This document shows positions 62,169 to 64,000 of a stretch of 64,000 bases of DNA, one piece after another. The position numbers were made by a program, and so were the translations under genes. The DNA is taken from positions 248,001-312,000 of the IMG/VR virus record IMGVR_UViG_3300037882_003354; one strand, given 5' to 3'. Under the pieces are notes generated by a model. The model had not been told where the DNA came from. It saw nothing but the letters and a program-made list of their open reading frames with translations, and ran no database searches. Positions within the stretch are counted from its first letter, which is position 1. Every line of letters begins with the position of its first letter.

Positions 62169-63194
62169 ATGAAACCCATTCTACACATCCTATCCAACCC
62201 CTACGGCACAGTCAACACCAACAACAGAATTGATCCATTTTCCATGCTCACATGGAAATTCATCCATCACATGACGGCCAGGGGTTGGCCATGCATTCAT
62301 TATAGCACACCGGGTTCCCAGGTGGATTGCATGCAGGTGCCGTGCCTGGACGAAATTGTGCCTGATCAGGAAACCAACGTCATCAGGTACAATGAACGTG
62401 CCGCTCATGAAATCGCTCTGAGAAAGCAGCCTGGGGACATGATTCTGTGTTTTTATGGTGCTGGCAACGGCCAGGCGGCCCTGGCTCATCCAGACTGCAA
62501 AATCATTGAACCTGTGGTGTGTTATAATACCAAGGCAGTGTTTGCAGAATTCCGAGTGTTTGGCAGTTACGCACACATGCACATGTTCTACGGTGAACGA
62601 GGCATGCTCATGAACCCCAGTAGTTTTGATGCCATGATTCCCAATGCCATTACCGCCAGTGAATTTGATTTCTCTGAGCACAAGGATGATTATTTCTTGT
62701 ATTTCGGTCGTGTGATCGAACACAAGGGGGTGCAGGTGGCCATTCAAGCCACTGAGGCCGCCGGCAAAAAATTAATCATTGCTGGCCCTGGCACATTGCA
62801 GAGCATGGGATATCTGGAAACGCCCAGTCATGTGACCATGATGGGGCTGTGTGATGCTGATCAACGCAGGCAGTTGATGAGCGGGGCCCGAGCAATTTTA
62901 GGACCCACAATATATGTGGAACCGTTTGGCAACATGGTGGCTGAAGGGTACATGAGTGGCACACCAGCCATCACCACCGACTGGGGTGGTTTTACTGACA
63001 CAGTGGTTCAAGGTGTCACAGGATTCCGATGCAGAGAATTCCGCGAGTTCGTACAGGCAATTGATCAGATCGACAGGATCGACCCACATGCCTGCCGCAA
63101 ATGGGCACTGGACAATTACGAAGATTCAGTGGTGCATGACAAGTTTGATGCCTACCTGGAAAAAATTATAACCAAGGATTTTTACCGATCATGA
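62169..63194 (+). CDS. GT4 (GT-B) glycosyltransferase
   Basis: YFGRVIEHKG, EPFGNMVAEGYMSGTPAITTDWGGFTD. Confidence 0.88.
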   Translation: MKPILHILSNPYGTVNTNNRIDPFSMLTWKFIHHMTARGWPCIHYSTPGSQVDCMQVPCLDEIVPDQETNVIRYNERAAHEIALRKQPGDMILCFYGAGNGQAALAHPDCKIIEPVVCYNTKAVFAEFRVFGSYAHMHMFYGERGMLMNPSSFDAMIPNAITASEFDFSEHKDDYFLYFGRVIEHKGVQVAIQATEAAGKKLIIAGPGTLQSMGYLETPSHVTMMGLCDADQRRQLMSGARAILGPTIYVEPFGNMVAEGYMSGTPAITTDWGGFTDTVVQGVTGFRCREFREFVQAIDQIDRIDPHACRKWALDNYEDSVVHDKFDAYLEKIITKDFYRS

Positions 63195-63739
63195 ATGTAC
63201 ATTTGATAATTGTGGATGATTTCTATCAGGATCCTGACAGCATACGAAATTATGCATTGAGTCAGGAATTCTCTGTCAAAGGCAATTTTCCCGGCGCACG
63301 AACTGTGCCATATCTGCCCGACGATGTCAAGACGGCCATCTCCCATCACATGCAATTTGCAGGTGGCGTGACCGATTGGTTGGTGGAGAGCGGATACACT
63401 GGAGCCTTCCAACTGGCCACCGCCGGTGACAGGACCTGGATACACGCTGATCACTACAACATGTGGGCCGCTGTATGCTATTTGACTCCCAATGCACCGC
63501 ACACCGGTGGCACTGGATTTTTCAGGCACCGTGCCAGTGGTGATTACAACCGTGTGGATTCAGATCATGAAGGTCAGGATTATACCAAGTGGGATTTATT
63601 CGATGTGGTGGGCAACAAATACAACCGATTGGTCATCTATCGTTCAGATCTGTTTCACACCAGCCTGGATTATTTTGGCAGCACACCTGAAGATGGCAGA
63701 TTGTTTCAAACATTCTTTTTTAACACCAGACGGTATTAA
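63191..63739 (+). CDS. 2OG-Fe(II) oxygenase-like protein (DUF6445-like)
   Basis: IIVDDFYQDPD, WIHAD (HxD), GTGFF, YNRLVIY...FHTS, RLFQTFF. Confidence 0.75.
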   Translation: MNVHLIIVDDFYQDPDSIRNYALSQEFSVKGNFPGARTVPYLPDDVKTAISHHMQFAGGVTDWLVESGYTGAFQLATAGDRTWIHADHYNMWAAVCYLTPNAPHTGGTGFFRHRASGDYNRVDSDHEGQDYTKWDLFDVVGNKYNRLVIYRSDLFHTSLDYFGSTPEDGRLFQTFFFNTRRY

Positions 63740-63740
63740 C

Positions 63741-64000
63741 ATGAAGGAACGGTTCAAACAATTTTATATGGATGTGGCTGAACGAACAGCCCAATTGTCG
63801 CGAGCCAAACGATTGCAAGTGGGAAGTTTGGTGGTCAAAGATGACAGCATCATCAGTTACGGATATAATGGAACTCCCGCAGGCTGGGATAATGTGTGCG
63901 AAAATGTCATTGGATATGGCACTGATGGTATGCCAGTGTTGAAAACCCGACCAGAAGTGCTGCATGCAGAAATGAATTGTCTGATGAAGCTGGCCAAAGG
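63741..64000 (+). CDS. dCMP deaminase (runs off the right edge)
   Basis: QVGSLVVKDD.IISYGYNGTPAG, VLHAEMN. Confidence 0.9.
   Translation, partial: MKERFKQFYMDVAERTAQLSRAKRLQVGSLVVKDDSIISYGYNGTPAGWDNVCENVIGYGTDGMPVLKTRPEVLHAEMNCLMKLAK

Noticed and set aside
1-64000. Stop-codon reassignment (TAG or TGA read-through)
   Set aside because: Conserved genes are full length under the standard code and no CTA/TCA anticodon tRNA was found; TAG stops seem rare but nothing requires recoding

Overview
This 64 kb window is part of a large lytic dsDNA (jumbo, T4-like) phage genome, probably infecting a Gram-negative host (holin, GH19 endolysin and two spanins; near-consensus sigma70 promoters; RpoZ, Def, ClpA and Dps homologues). 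Standard genetic code throughout. Left to right: (1) the end of a + strand tail-fibre block; (2) a long minus-strand arm carrying thyA/folA, a MoxR-type AAA plus vWA-metallopeptidase pair, an RNase H-like flap nuclease, a 7-deazaguanine cluster (QueE, PRTase, GT-B glycosyltransferase, QueD-like T-fold protein, TGT/DpdA-like transglycosylase) next to a sliding-clamp-like protein and family B DNA polymerase, a run of probable head-packaged proteins sharing an N-terminal leader (three have nucleotidyltransferase or ligase motifs), ClpA/Def/DnaJ, the lysis cassette, clamp loader, GroES, a DnaE fragment and two tail fibres, one a 2039-aa collagen-like protein; (3) from about 50.4 kb a + strand arm of glycosyltransferases and methyltransferases interleaved with 11 tRNA genes, two aberrant tRNA-like elements, two unannotated structured RNA candidates, an RNA polymerase omega homologue, a kinase-phosphoesterase pair, TilS and dCMP deaminase. 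Best candidate for an undescribed system: the DpdA-like cluster contains a glycosyltransferase whose motifs resemble GTDC1/QTMAN (the queuosine-tRNA mannosyltransferase family), suggesting a glycosylated 7-deazaguanine hypermodification. All family calls are by motif recognition from memory, with no database searches. Several start codons were re-picked by eye.
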